64,000 nt of DNA from a bacterium (GTDB lineage Bacteria > CSSED10-310 > JAFGSJ01). Of this stretch, positions 18,500 through 27,048 are shown one piece after another. Every line of letters starts with the position of its first letter. Positions within the stretch are counted from its first letter, which is position 1. The notes below the pieces were generated by a model. That model saw only the letters and a program-made list of their open reading frames with translations, did not search any database and had not been told where the DNA came from. The translations under genes were made by a program, and so were the position numbers. The stretch is from contig JAFGSJ010000104.1 in NCBI GenBank assembly GCA_016934675.1, positions 10,861 to 74,860 of the forward strand. The letters run 5' to 3'.

Positions 18500-19646
18500 G
18501 ATATCAGGGCCTGATTGTGTTTCACATTGAATAAGAAAAGACCGGTACATCTTTTACAGGCCGGGAAATATCCGTGCTTGGCCAGAGCAATTCTGAATGT
18601 CCGGAATTTTTTACCATTCCAAATCTGCTGGAAACTCTGCTCCTTAATATTTCCGGTGGAGTAATTGAGATAACACGGTTTCAGGTCTCCATTAGGAAAA
18701 ACATACGAAGTGGTCCAAGGAATAATACATCGTTGTGCTCCCAGATGCTGATGTGGCTGCTGATAATAGGTGATGATTTCATTCGGGCTCAGAAGCGGAT
18801 AATAGGAAATCTGGATAGTATGTGTTTTTCGTTGAACGAGATCAATTTTTCGGACAAGAGCAATGGGGTCGAGTCCGCAGAGAGTACTATTCGGTGTTGA
18901 TTGCAGCAGTCCAAACTCGGGGAAATCCTGATTCTGTTGGGTAACTGCCTGCTGGTCCCAAAACCATAAGTGGGTTAAGTTTATGGTATCTCCGCCGATA
19001 TTTTCAGTCCATTGGACCATTTCTGGGAAATGTAAATAATTATCATTGGTAAGAATATAATTGATGATTATCAGGGGAATGCAAGAATTCCGTTTTCTCT
19101 TAAGGGCAATGATTGCTCTAACCCCAGCTTCAATATCACGTAACGCGCCCTTTCTTTGAACAATCCGATCGTGAACAAGAGCGGGACCATAGAGACTTAC
19201 AATCACGACATCCACGTGTAGATCAAGAAGGCTCTGGGCATTTGGGGCAAGCAAACATCCATTCGTGATAATAGCCAGTTTTAAACCGCATTCCTTAATA
19301 AAGCCAGTCAATTCCAACAAATGGGGATATAAAAAGGGTTCACCACCACTAAACCGTATCTGCGGCTTTAAAAAGCTACATTCTTTGATAAAACGTTCAT
19401 AGTCGGACAATGAAAGAGAACTGTCCTCGCCGGATCCTTCTCCGCTTTTGTGATCCTTTTCTGAAATACGATGGTAACAATGTGGGCAGAAATTAGGACA
19501 TGCAAAAGTCAAGTAAAGTGTAATATCAATTGGCCAAAGTGCAATGCCAACATTCTTTAACATGTAGTTCGGGAGAGACCGTATCCTGGTATTTCGCAAC
19601 AATCCTTTTAGTTTTTTCATGATATCAGGGCCTGATTGTGTTTCAC
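17404..19646. repeat. head-to-tail tandem duplication, 2 x about 1121 bp, each unit carrying one radical SAM gene
   Basis: CATTGAATAAGAAAAGACCGGT starts at both 17404 and 18525. CATGATATCAGGGCCTGATTGTGTTTCAC occurs at 18497-18525 and at 19618-19646. The units have diverged, with many substitutions. Confidence 0.9.
18496..19620 (-). CDS. radical SAM protein with C-terminal SPASM/twitch-like Cys motif (copy 2)
   Basis: 374 aa, roughly 80% identical by eye to copy 1. It has FACPNFCPHC and SGGEPFLYP. Its last ~10 codons (NVKHNQALIS*) are encoded by sequence that is the 5' leader in the other repeat unit. Confidence 0.85.
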   Translation of the reverse strand: MKKLKGLLRNTRIRSLPNYMLKNVGIALWPIDITLYLTFACPNFCPHCYHRISEKDHKSGEGSGEDSSLSLSDYERFIKECSFLKPQIRFSGGEPFLYPHLLELTGFIKECGLKLAIITNGCLLAPNAQSLLDLHVDVVIVSLYGPALVHDRIVQRKGALRDIEAGVRAIIALKRKRNSCIPLIIINYILTNDNYLHFPEMVQWTENIGGDTINLTHLWFWDQQAVTQQNQDFPEFGLLQSTPNSTLCGLDPIALVRKIDLVQRKTHTIQISYYPLLSPNEIITYYQQPHQHLGAQRCIIPWTTSYVFPNGDLKPCYLNYSTGNIKEQSFQQIWNGKKFRTFRIALAKHGYFPACKRCTGLFLFNVKHNQALIS

Positions 19647-19697
19647 GTCGTCACTGTCTCAACTCATTAACAGACAGGCCATAAACCCGGCAAGTCA

Positions 19698-21599
19698 TTA
19701 CAAAAAATCATCCAAGTTGGCCTGTGGTGGTTCATTGAAATCATTATCAATATTGATGCGGCACCAGAGCTCTAATAGGGCCAGATTCCAGATATAATAC
19801 GGTATGGGCTGCCTGCTTAGAAAAAAATCCCTTTTCAGTTGCTCGATTATTTCGGGATTGAAGAAGCCTCTTTTGATAATGGCTTGTTTTGATAACAATC
19901 TATTGATCGGGATTGATAATTCATTACGAGCCCACAAGGCCAATGGAATGATGAAACTCTGCTTTTTACGTTGTAAGGTGATCTTGGGCAAGAGATCATG
20001 ACAGGCCAGAATCTGCATATATCGTAATGTGCCCCTATTATAAAGGCTGTTCACCGGAATTGAAGCAATTGTGTCCAAGACCCGCCTGTCCAGAAATGGA
20101 CTACGCGTTTCTATTGAATGGGCATGAGACATCGTACTTAAATCGCGCAGCATGATATGTGCGATCTCGTGGCAAACCAGCAAATACATAAATTGGCTGA
20201 TAAGCTCTTGAGAATTAACCGTTTGAAAGAGGTCACTGACCAGATCAACAGGTCCGGGTTTGCCATCGAGTTCAATGGCTAAATCCTTGGTGAACAGTTT
20301 TTTGGTCAACGGCTCTTTGAAAAGAAAGCGCATATCCATGTAGATATTTATTGGTGTGTGACTAAGTGCTTCAAGTCGTCTGAATTTTTGAATCGGTGAG
20401 ATTTTTTCCGGTAAGAAACCGATCATTGCTCGAATGATCTGCTGCATTGATGCAGGCATGTTTTTCCAGAGCTTGATCAGTGTTTGCAATCGAAATAGTC
20501 GTTTATACCACATGCTACCGATAAAAATTTCGTCACCTCCCAGACCGGATAGAACAATATCGAGATACTTCGCGGCAAAAGATATACTGAAATAGCGATT
20601 GAGGGCATCCCCGCTTGGACTGTTCAAATGCCATGTCAATTCTGGCAGGGCCTTGATAAGGATATCTGCACCAACGTTATACTCATGGTGTTCCGTTCCA
20701 TACATCTGGGCAATTGTTCGGGCAAATTGAAATTCATTGAATGAGGCGAATTTTTTATCATCACCATAGCCCAGAGTGAATGTTTTCAGGGTACAGCCTG
20801 TTTTCTCACTAGCCAGCCCAACTATTGTACTGGTGTCATGTCCTCCGCTCAAGAATGAACCACAGACCCCGTTAGCGGGTAACGCACACCAGACTGATGC
20901 GGACAATACTTCCCGTAATTTCTTTGCCATTAGTACATCTGAAGCTGTTTGATCCGGTATTCTCGCGAACATTTGCCAGTATCGATGAAGAGTACTTCTC
21001 CCCTCTTTCCAGGCCAAATAATGTCCCGAGGGGACTTGAATCACTGTTTCGTATGCGGTTAAGGGATCTGGAACGGAAATCATCGCCAGAAAAAATGGAA
21101 TGGAATGATGATTCATTCTTTTGTCAATCAATCCTGTCCAATGAATGGCTCGAATTGTCGAAGCAAAGACGATGTAACCCTGTTTTTCCGCAACATACAG
21201 GGGTTTACTTCCACACTGATCCCGGATACAAAACAATTGTCTGGTGTTTTCATCCCAGATGATCAGAGTAAAGAGTCCTGCCAATTCGGAACATCGTTCG
21301 TGAATATCAAGACCTGCGAAGAGGTCCGCCAACTCTTCCGGGTTGAGAACATGTCTTGAAAATTCAGTGTTCTGGCCAGAATCATGAACAATATAACCAT
21401 CAACAATAAATGTTCTGTTTCTTTTATTGTCATGAAAGATGAATCCATCCAAATCAGTACTGAAATTCTGAAAAAGGAAAGAGAAAGACCCCGCTTGATA
21501 CCAGGCTGGTGCGTTCTTTGTATCGGCAAAGAGATAGGTATCAATTCGTGTTTGATCTGCTTGTGCCAATTTTTGTGATATGCCTAAAAAATTTGCCAT
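19698..21599 (-). CDS. asparagine synthetase B-like amidotransferase/adenylating enzyme lacking the N-terminal Cys nucleophile
   Basis: The PP-loop is SFLSGGHDTS. The AsnB N-domain signature is GLFTLIIWDENTRQLFCIRDQCGSKPLYV. The N-terminus is MANFLGIS rather than MCG. GAAGAGGG lies about 10 nt upstream of the ATG. Confidence 0.8.
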   Translation of the reverse strand: MANFLGISQKLAQADQTRIDTYLFADTKNAPAWYQAGSFSFLFQNFSTDLDGFIFHDNKRNRTFIVDGYIVHDSGQNTEFSRHVLNPEELADLFAGLDIHERCSELAGLFTLIIWDENTRQLFCIRDQCGSKPLYVAEKQGYIVFASTIRAIHWTGLIDKRMNHHSIPFFLAMISVPDPLTAYETVIQVPSGHYLAWKEGRSTLHRYWQMFARIPDQTASDVLMAKKLREVLSASVWCALPANGVCGSFLSGGHDTSTIVGLASEKTGCTLKTFTLGYGDDKKFASFNEFQFARTIAQMYGTEHHEYNVGADILIKALPELTWHLNSPSGDALNRYFSISFAAKYLDIVLSGLGGDEIFIGSMWYKRLFRLQTLIKLWKNMPASMQQIIRAMIGFLPEKISPIQKFRRLEALSHTPINIYMDMRFLFKEPLTKKLFTKDLAIELDGKPGPVDLVSDLFQTVNSQELISQFMYLLVCHEIAHIMLRDLSTMSHAHSIETRSPFLDRRVLDTIASIPVNSLYNRGTLRYMQILACHDLLPKITLQRKKQSFIIPLALWARNELSIPINRLLSKQAIIKRGFFNPEIIEQLKRDFFLSRQPIPYYIWNLALLELWCRINIDNDFNEPPQANLDDFL

Positions 21600-21700
21600 C
21601 GGATATCGGCCCTCTTCTTTATGATGGCGATGATCGTGTTATCACGGACAGATTGTTTTGTTCATGACCGATTTGAAATCGGTATTCTCCTATTCCCAGG

Positions 21701-22981
21701 TCAAACTCTCAAGTACCGGCTGATCATATTCCTGGTTTTCGCACAACTTTTAGCGGTAAAAAGTAAACATTTCAATTCCGCCTTATGTCTTCCTCGTGGT
21801 ACGAATACGATATCGTTCCAACTGCTGATATTGTCCCAATTCCCAATTGAAAAGGTCCCATTCCGGCTTGCGATACGATGAAGCTCTGATCCCGGAAAGG
21901 GTAAACAGGCTTGAAACAATGTTTTTTCTGCCGGGAGTGAAAGACCGAATAAAATTGTCTTGATTGTGTCAGAAAAAGTCTCGGTGGGAAGCCCCAGGGA
22001 AAATGTTACGATGATGTCAATGGGGATCTTTTTGAATGAGCGGATTTTCTGTTTGACCTCATCAAAATCGAGTGTTATCCTTAGTATATTCAGGAGTTTG
22101 GGAATGCCCGTGCCGAGTCCCAGAAATATCTGTCGGCAACCGGCTTCATACATGAGTTCGCAGAGCTCTTTATCAAGGTGGTTGATTCGGGTATAGCATC
22201 TCCAGGTCAGATCGAGTTTACGTTGCAGAAGTGATTGGCACAATGCAACCACTCGTTGTCTATTTAAAGTAAAGGCCTCGTCAAAAAATTCGATATCACG
22301 CGCTCCGAAAACATCATAAAGAGTTTCAATCTCAACGAGCATTCTGGCCAGCGAGTATTCTCTCACAACTTTTGAGGGCGGTGTTCTGACTGGACAATTC
22401 GCACAGTTATAGGGACAGCCGCGGTGGGTAAGCATATGCCCTCTGATAATTGGTTTGTGTGAATAGAATAAATCCCATGCTGGTTGAGGCAGCGTATCGA
22501 GATCATGGATGATATCTGAATCCGGGTTTGTGACAAGGGAATCATGGTCCATTATCACGGTCCCCGGAATGCTTTTGATATCCCCTTTATGTTGAAGTGC
22601 AGTGATAAATGCCTGTGTTGCCGTTTCACCTTCACCCCTGACCACCAGGTCAACAACCGAAGAGGACAAAGCGTGCTCCGGAAAATTGGTAACCTGGGTC
22701 CCCCCCAGAAGGATGAAACAGTTTTTATTTTTCTGCTTGATCCATTTGCAGAGGGCAATACATTGCTCATAATTTGTGGCAAAAACCTGCATTCCAACAA
22801 ATGAAAGCGAAGATATCCTCGGTTCAAGTTCAGTCTTGATGACGTGCCATGGTTTATTCCAGAGCACACACACATCAAGACCGATTTGTTGAAGCAGGCC
22901 GGCTATATAGGCAATACCAATGGGCAGTATTTCGGGAGCAGAGATGGCGTTTTGGTGAGGGAGAACCAAGGCAGCCTTCAT
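21701..22981 (-). CDS. B12-binding-domain radical SAM protein
   Basis: The N-terminal Rossmann-like, B12-binding-type domain includes ILLGGTQVT. The radical SAM motif is HRGCPYNCANC. 426 aa. Confidence 0.85.
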   Translation of the reverse strand: MKAALVLPHQNAISAPEILPIGIAYIAGLLQQIGLDVCVLWNKPWHVIKTELEPRISSLSFVGMQVFATNYEQCIALCKWIKQKNKNCFILLGGTQVTNFPEHALSSSVVDLVVRGEGETATQAFITALQHKGDIKSIPGTVIMDHDSLVTNPDSDIIHDLDTLPQPAWDLFYSHKPIIRGHMLTHRGCPYNCANCPVRTPPSKVVREYSLARMLVEIETLYDVFGARDIEFFDEAFTLNRQRVVALCQSLLQRKLDLTWRCYTRINHLDKELCELMYEAGCRQIFLGLGTGIPKLLNILRITLDFDEVKQKIRSFKKIPIDIIVTFSLGLPTETFSDTIKTILFGLSLPAEKTLFQACLPFPGSELHRIASRNGTFSIGNWDNISSWNDIVFVPRGRHKAELKCLLFTAKSCAKTRNMISRYLRV

Positions 22982-23170
22982 GGTTCATTCATTTCCGTCA
23001 TTATGTACTACTCCTTGATGCTAATCAAGAATCTATCTGACACACTATAAAATAAAAAACAGGTCGGGTCAAACTTTTTCGCTCTTTACGGATTGCATTT
23101 ACTATAAATATTATGTATATTCTAGCCAGTTCCACTGGGATCTCAGTCAATAATCCGGGCATGACGAAAA

Positions 23171-24112
23171 ATGGGGATCGAACATAACATTTTCAAGCTA
23201 CTGCTCAAAGAACGACAATACCTGGTTCCTCACGGAAAAATCATGGTCTTTGGTGTTCAGGATATCTGGTTCAGCTATGATCAAGCGATCGGAATGTTGG
23301 AGCAGGCTGGCTATCCCTATACCGCCATACCGGAATCCGAGCGAAAACAATCGACATCCTTTTTGATTCGTGCATATTTCAATGATGCCCGGACTGAGTT
23401 TGTCCATGTTGAAGATTTATTTAAAATTCTAGGCTATCAAGTGTGTCAGACCATGGATGTGATTGCCCGAGAGTCACCACAATTCGTCCATGATCTGAAT
23501 AAGCCGGTTGATCGTTTAATGCATGGCAACTATCAGACTGTTTATGATGGGGGAGTGATTGAACATGTATTCAATCTTCACATGGGCTTGCAAAATATCC
23601 ATGATCTCCTGGAGCCCGGGGGGACGATTGTTCATCACACACCGCTAGCCGGCTGTCTTGATCATTCCTTCTTTTATCTCAATCCTTGTTTTTTTTATGA
23701 CACCTATGGTGAAAACGGTTACACGGACATGAAAGCCTTCTTTGTTGAACAACCCCATGCCCTCGATTTTCGACGTCTGGCCAATCCGAATACTCGGTAT
23801 CGATTCACTGAATATACGTACGGTGAAGCATACAATTTTATTCCGCGTAATGCTTACAATCCACTCGATTTTATTTTTTTCGCCCGTAAACCGGATCAGC
23901 ATAAACCGTTTCAATATGGTCTTCAGGGATTGTTTCGGACCATAATCGAGCCGAAGAGCGATGCTGAAATACGATTACCACGACCACGGTGGTGGACAAT
24001 TATCCGCACAATGGTCCGGGCTATCGATCGATATGTTCCGGCATCATGCCTGTTTTGGTGGCGGGTCATTACTTTAAGAGCCCCGAAAAGGAACAAACAA
24101 TTCCGCCTGTAA
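23171..24112 (+). CDS. hypothetical protein, distantly class I methyltransferase-like
   Basis: 313 aa. It has KIMVFGVQD (a degenerate motif I) and YDGGVIEHVFNL...LLEPGGTIVHHTP (post-motif II/III-like). The function is not secure. Confidence 0.5.
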   Translation: MGIEHNIFKLLLKERQYLVPHGKIMVFGVQDIWFSYDQAIGMLEQAGYPYTAIPESERKQSTSFLIRAYFNDARTEFVHVEDLFKILGYQVCQTMDVIARESPQFVHDLNKPVDRLMHGNYQTVYDGGVIEHVFNLHMGLQNIHDLLEPGGTIVHHTPLAGCLDHSFFYLNPCFFYDTYGENGYTDMKAFFVEQPHALDFRRLANPNTRYRFTEYTYGEAYNFIPRNAYNPLDFIFFARKPDQHKPFQYGLQGLFRTIIEPKSDAEIRLPRPRWWTIIRTMVRAIDRYVPASCLFWWRVITLRAPKRNKQFRL

Positions 24113-24180
24113 GGCGTGTATGACTATGGTTATTTGAGGCTTCACGAGTCAGCCCGACCGGTTTCAACGATGTGATTGGA

Positions 24181-25155
24181 CTATAACCGGTATTCACGCG
24201 AGAGTCTATCGAGTCTTTGCATTTCTCCCGATGTCAGTACGAGCTGGAGTGCTTTGACATTGTCTTCGACCTGCTCAGCTTTTGAAGCACCGGGAATAGC
24301 CACAATACATTCACCATGAAAATTGATAAGCCAACTCAGGGCTACCTGGGCCGGCGTTGCACCATAAGTATCAGCAATCTCTCCGAGGGCTTGAATAATC
24401 GGACGGCTTTTCTCGATTGCTGCCGAGCTAAATTTCATCCGCCACCTGCGAAAGCCTGACAATTGCTTCGTCCTTTCCGGGTTGCCATGGAATTTTCCGG
24501 TTATAAGACCTTGTTCGAGAGGTGAATAAGCGATAATGGAACAGCCGATCTTCCTGGCGTTTTCCAGGATACCGTTGAATTCGATACTGCGATCAAGCAG
24601 GCTATACTTTGTCTGGTGAGATGCGAGAGGAATGCCACGTAGGGCCAACTGTTTCGCCGCCCTGTCTACAAGAACAGGTGAAAAATTACTGACACCCACC
24701 GCACGAATTGTGCCCTCTTCTACAAGGTCAGCCATGACGTTCATCTCGGCCTCAACACTGGAAAAAGACCAGGGTTGATGAATCTGGTGAAGATCTATGG
24801 GATAACCCCGAAGGGAGTTGATACGTTGACCAATGGTTTTCTTGATCGAACCGGCAAAACGAAATGCTGGCCACCATTTTGTTGCGATCAGGACATCGCC
24901 CTCCTTTTTGCTGGCATTCTGTAAAGCTTGCGCTAGAGCTTGTTCTGAGTTACCAAAGCCATAGATCTCGGCGGTATCGAACCAATTAATACCGCCTTTC
25001 AGGGCAGTCATCACAATCGCATTGATCTCAGCTTGTGTTATTGTAGACCAATATGATGCTAATCCTCCCTCATCCCCCGCAAATTGCCATCCGCCCAAAC
25101 CAAGAGGGGTTATCTCCACATCAGTCTTGCCCAGAAACCGCTTTGGTATGACCAT
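24181..25155 (-). CDS. aldo/keto reductase
   Basis: 324 aa. Motifs are LGLGGWQF, INWFDTAEIYG, IATKW, IDLHQIH and AIPGASKAEQVEDN. Its start is 10 nt downstream of the preceding radical SAM stop. Confidence 0.9.
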   Translation of the reverse strand: MVIPKRFLGKTDVEITPLGLGGWQFAGDEGGLASYWSTITQAEINAIVMTALKGGINWFDTAEIYGFGNSEQALAQALQNASKKEGDVLIATKWWPAFRFAGSIKKTIGQRINSLRGYPIDLHQIHQPWSFSSVEAEMNVMADLVEEGTIRAVGVSNFSPVLVDRAAKQLALRGIPLASHQTKYSLLDRSIEFNGILENARKIGCSIIAYSPLEQGLITGKFHGNPERTKQLSGFRRWRMKFSSAAIEKSRPIIQALGEIADTYGATPAQVALSWLINFHGECIVAIPGASKAEQVEDNVKALQLVLTSGEMQRLDRLSREYRL

Positions 25156-25165
25156 AAAGCAACTC

Positions 25166-26617
25166 CTAACATCTTGGAGATGGCTTGACGATTGGCCTGG
25201 TGCCGATGCTTCTCACCGTTTTAAGCACCCCCCGGACTGATTTGATTTGAAGGAGGGCAGACAGAATGATCCATACCCCCATCTTACTAAAATTCTTCAT
25301 CCTCAGAGGCGATTGGATCATCATTCTCACGATATTCAGCAGTACATGAGGTTGGAGATAAAATATGCGCCTCATCGTGCGATAATGCATTTCGGCCGCT
25401 CTTTGAGCCTTGTTATCAAGAAAAATCGGTATATCCGTTCGACGCAAGGTGATCAAATCGATCCAGCGCTTCCTGATTTCCGAATCCTGAGGGAGTCTAC
25501 GATAAAACGGTGAATTGGGAACAGGACAATGATAAGAAAAAACACAGTAATGAATCTCAAGATTTTTCAACAAATCATACGTTTCCTGCATTGTTTCACA
25601 TGTCTCACCGGGAAAACCAACCACAAAAGTGCCGCCACACTCATAATTAAATCTTTTCACTACTGATAGTTTCTCCCGAATCATGGCTTTGGTGATTCCT
25701 TTGTTCATCGTGTCAAGAATCTTGTCAGACCCGGATTCCAGACCAAAAGTAATTGTATAGCAGCCGGCTTCTTTCATTGCTTCGAGCAGTTCGCCGTCGA
25801 TGGTATCTATTCGGGAAAAAACTGACCAATTAATCCCGATCTTTTCCTGAACCAGCCCCCGACACAAATCAAGAACACGCTGTTTATCTGAAGTAAAGGT
25901 ATCATCGCACACATATATTTCCTGGTATCCCAATCGAGTTATCTCTTTGAACTCCTCCAGAATGTTGGCAACACTTCTGCATCGATGCTGGCCGCCATTA
26001 TCACAAAACACGCATTGAAAAGGACATCCCCGGGCAGTGACGATGGTCGCGCATGGCTTCTTTCTATTCATCATGTGAAATTGATCCCCCTTAAACAGAT
26101 GGCGTGCCGGAAAGGGTAGCGCATCCAGGTCTTGGATGAGTGGTGCCTGACCATGACAAATGGTCTCGCCTCCAGCTCGATAGATCAAGCCTTCAGGCTT
26201 CGCTTCCGTTTTTCCGGATACTACGTCCAGCAAAGCCACAAATGCATGTTCAGCCTCACCTGATTGACCAAAGTCAAAACAAGAGTGCACCATAATCTCG
26301 TGGGGGAAATAAGTCACACCCTTACCACCGACAATGATAGGAATATCTTTGATACTCTTTATGAATGAAGCTACTGCGACCGCATCCAAAACAGTGAACA
26401 GAGAAACGGAGATCCCGACGAGATCAGGCTTGAATCTGGTCAGAATATCCCTGACATCTCTCGGACTCGTGGACTCAACATTCATATCGAGAATACGAAC
26501 CGTGTGCGCTGCTCGCTCTGCTTGAGCTGCCAGATAACCCAAACCAAGGCAGGGAAGTGAAAATTTTTTGAACAGAATTTTCTTGAATTTGTCTGGATTA
26601 ATCAGAAGTATTCTCAT
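25166..26617 (-). CDS. B12-binding-domain radical SAM protein
   Basis: 483 aa. The N-terminal domain (MRILLINP..., IIVGGKGVT) is followed by ARGCPFQCVFC. Confidence 0.85.
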   Translation of the reverse strand: MRILLINPDKFKKILFKKFSLPCLGLGYLAAQAERAAHTVRILDMNVESTSPRDVRDILTRFKPDLVGISVSLFTVLDAVAVASFIKSIKDIPIIVGGKGVTYFPHEIMVHSCFDFGQSGEAEHAFVALLDVVSGKTEAKPEGLIYRAGGETICHGQAPLIQDLDALPFPARHLFKGDQFHMMNRKKPCATIVTARGCPFQCVFCDNGGQHRCRSVANILEEFKEITRLGYQEIYVCDDTFTSDKQRVLDLCRGLVQEKIGINWSVFSRIDTIDGELLEAMKEAGCYTITFGLESGSDKILDTMNKGITKAMIREKLSVVKRFNYECGGTFVVGFPGETCETMQETYDLLKNLEIHYCVFSYHCPVPNSPFYRRLPQDSEIRKRWIDLITLRRTDIPIFLDNKAQRAAEMHYRTMRRIFYLQPHVLLNIVRMMIQSPLRMKNFSKMGVWIILSALLQIKSVRGVLKTVRSIGTRPIVKPSPRC

Positions 26618-27048
26618 AAAAATGCAGCATCCCCTATCATCTGCTCTTTATCTGGCAATGTTTCCGGATGAAATTGGGAATAATCGTGAAGAAAAAGAAT
26701 AATGTAAGCCCAATAGCACTACGGATTATGGTCCTGATTGAATATTGCCTGCCCATTATTCTCATAATGCGTCTTTATCAAGCGATGAGCCAGTCACAAC
26801 CGGCAATATCGATGATTTAATTACATACCTGAGAACGATGTGTCTGTTGATTTGTTTCATGATCTGCTCACTGGTTTCGGGTATTGATTGAAGCAATGAA
26901 AATATCGCACAAGAAAATCATAACAGATTACACCTGAAAAATGCAATACCGCCTGTCATAGAATGATTGTTCATCTTTCAAGACCGTCAAGGAATAGTGC
27001 CTAATGTTGGTATTCAGGTTATCATTGCTACCTCTTTTTACAATACCC

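Noticed and set aside
19698-21599. AsnB-like enzyme as a lasso-peptide cyclase
   Set aside because: No transglutaminase-like leader protease (B/B2), RRE/PqqD (B1), precursor or ABC exporter accompanies it. The Cys-less N-terminus is compatible with that role but does not prove it.
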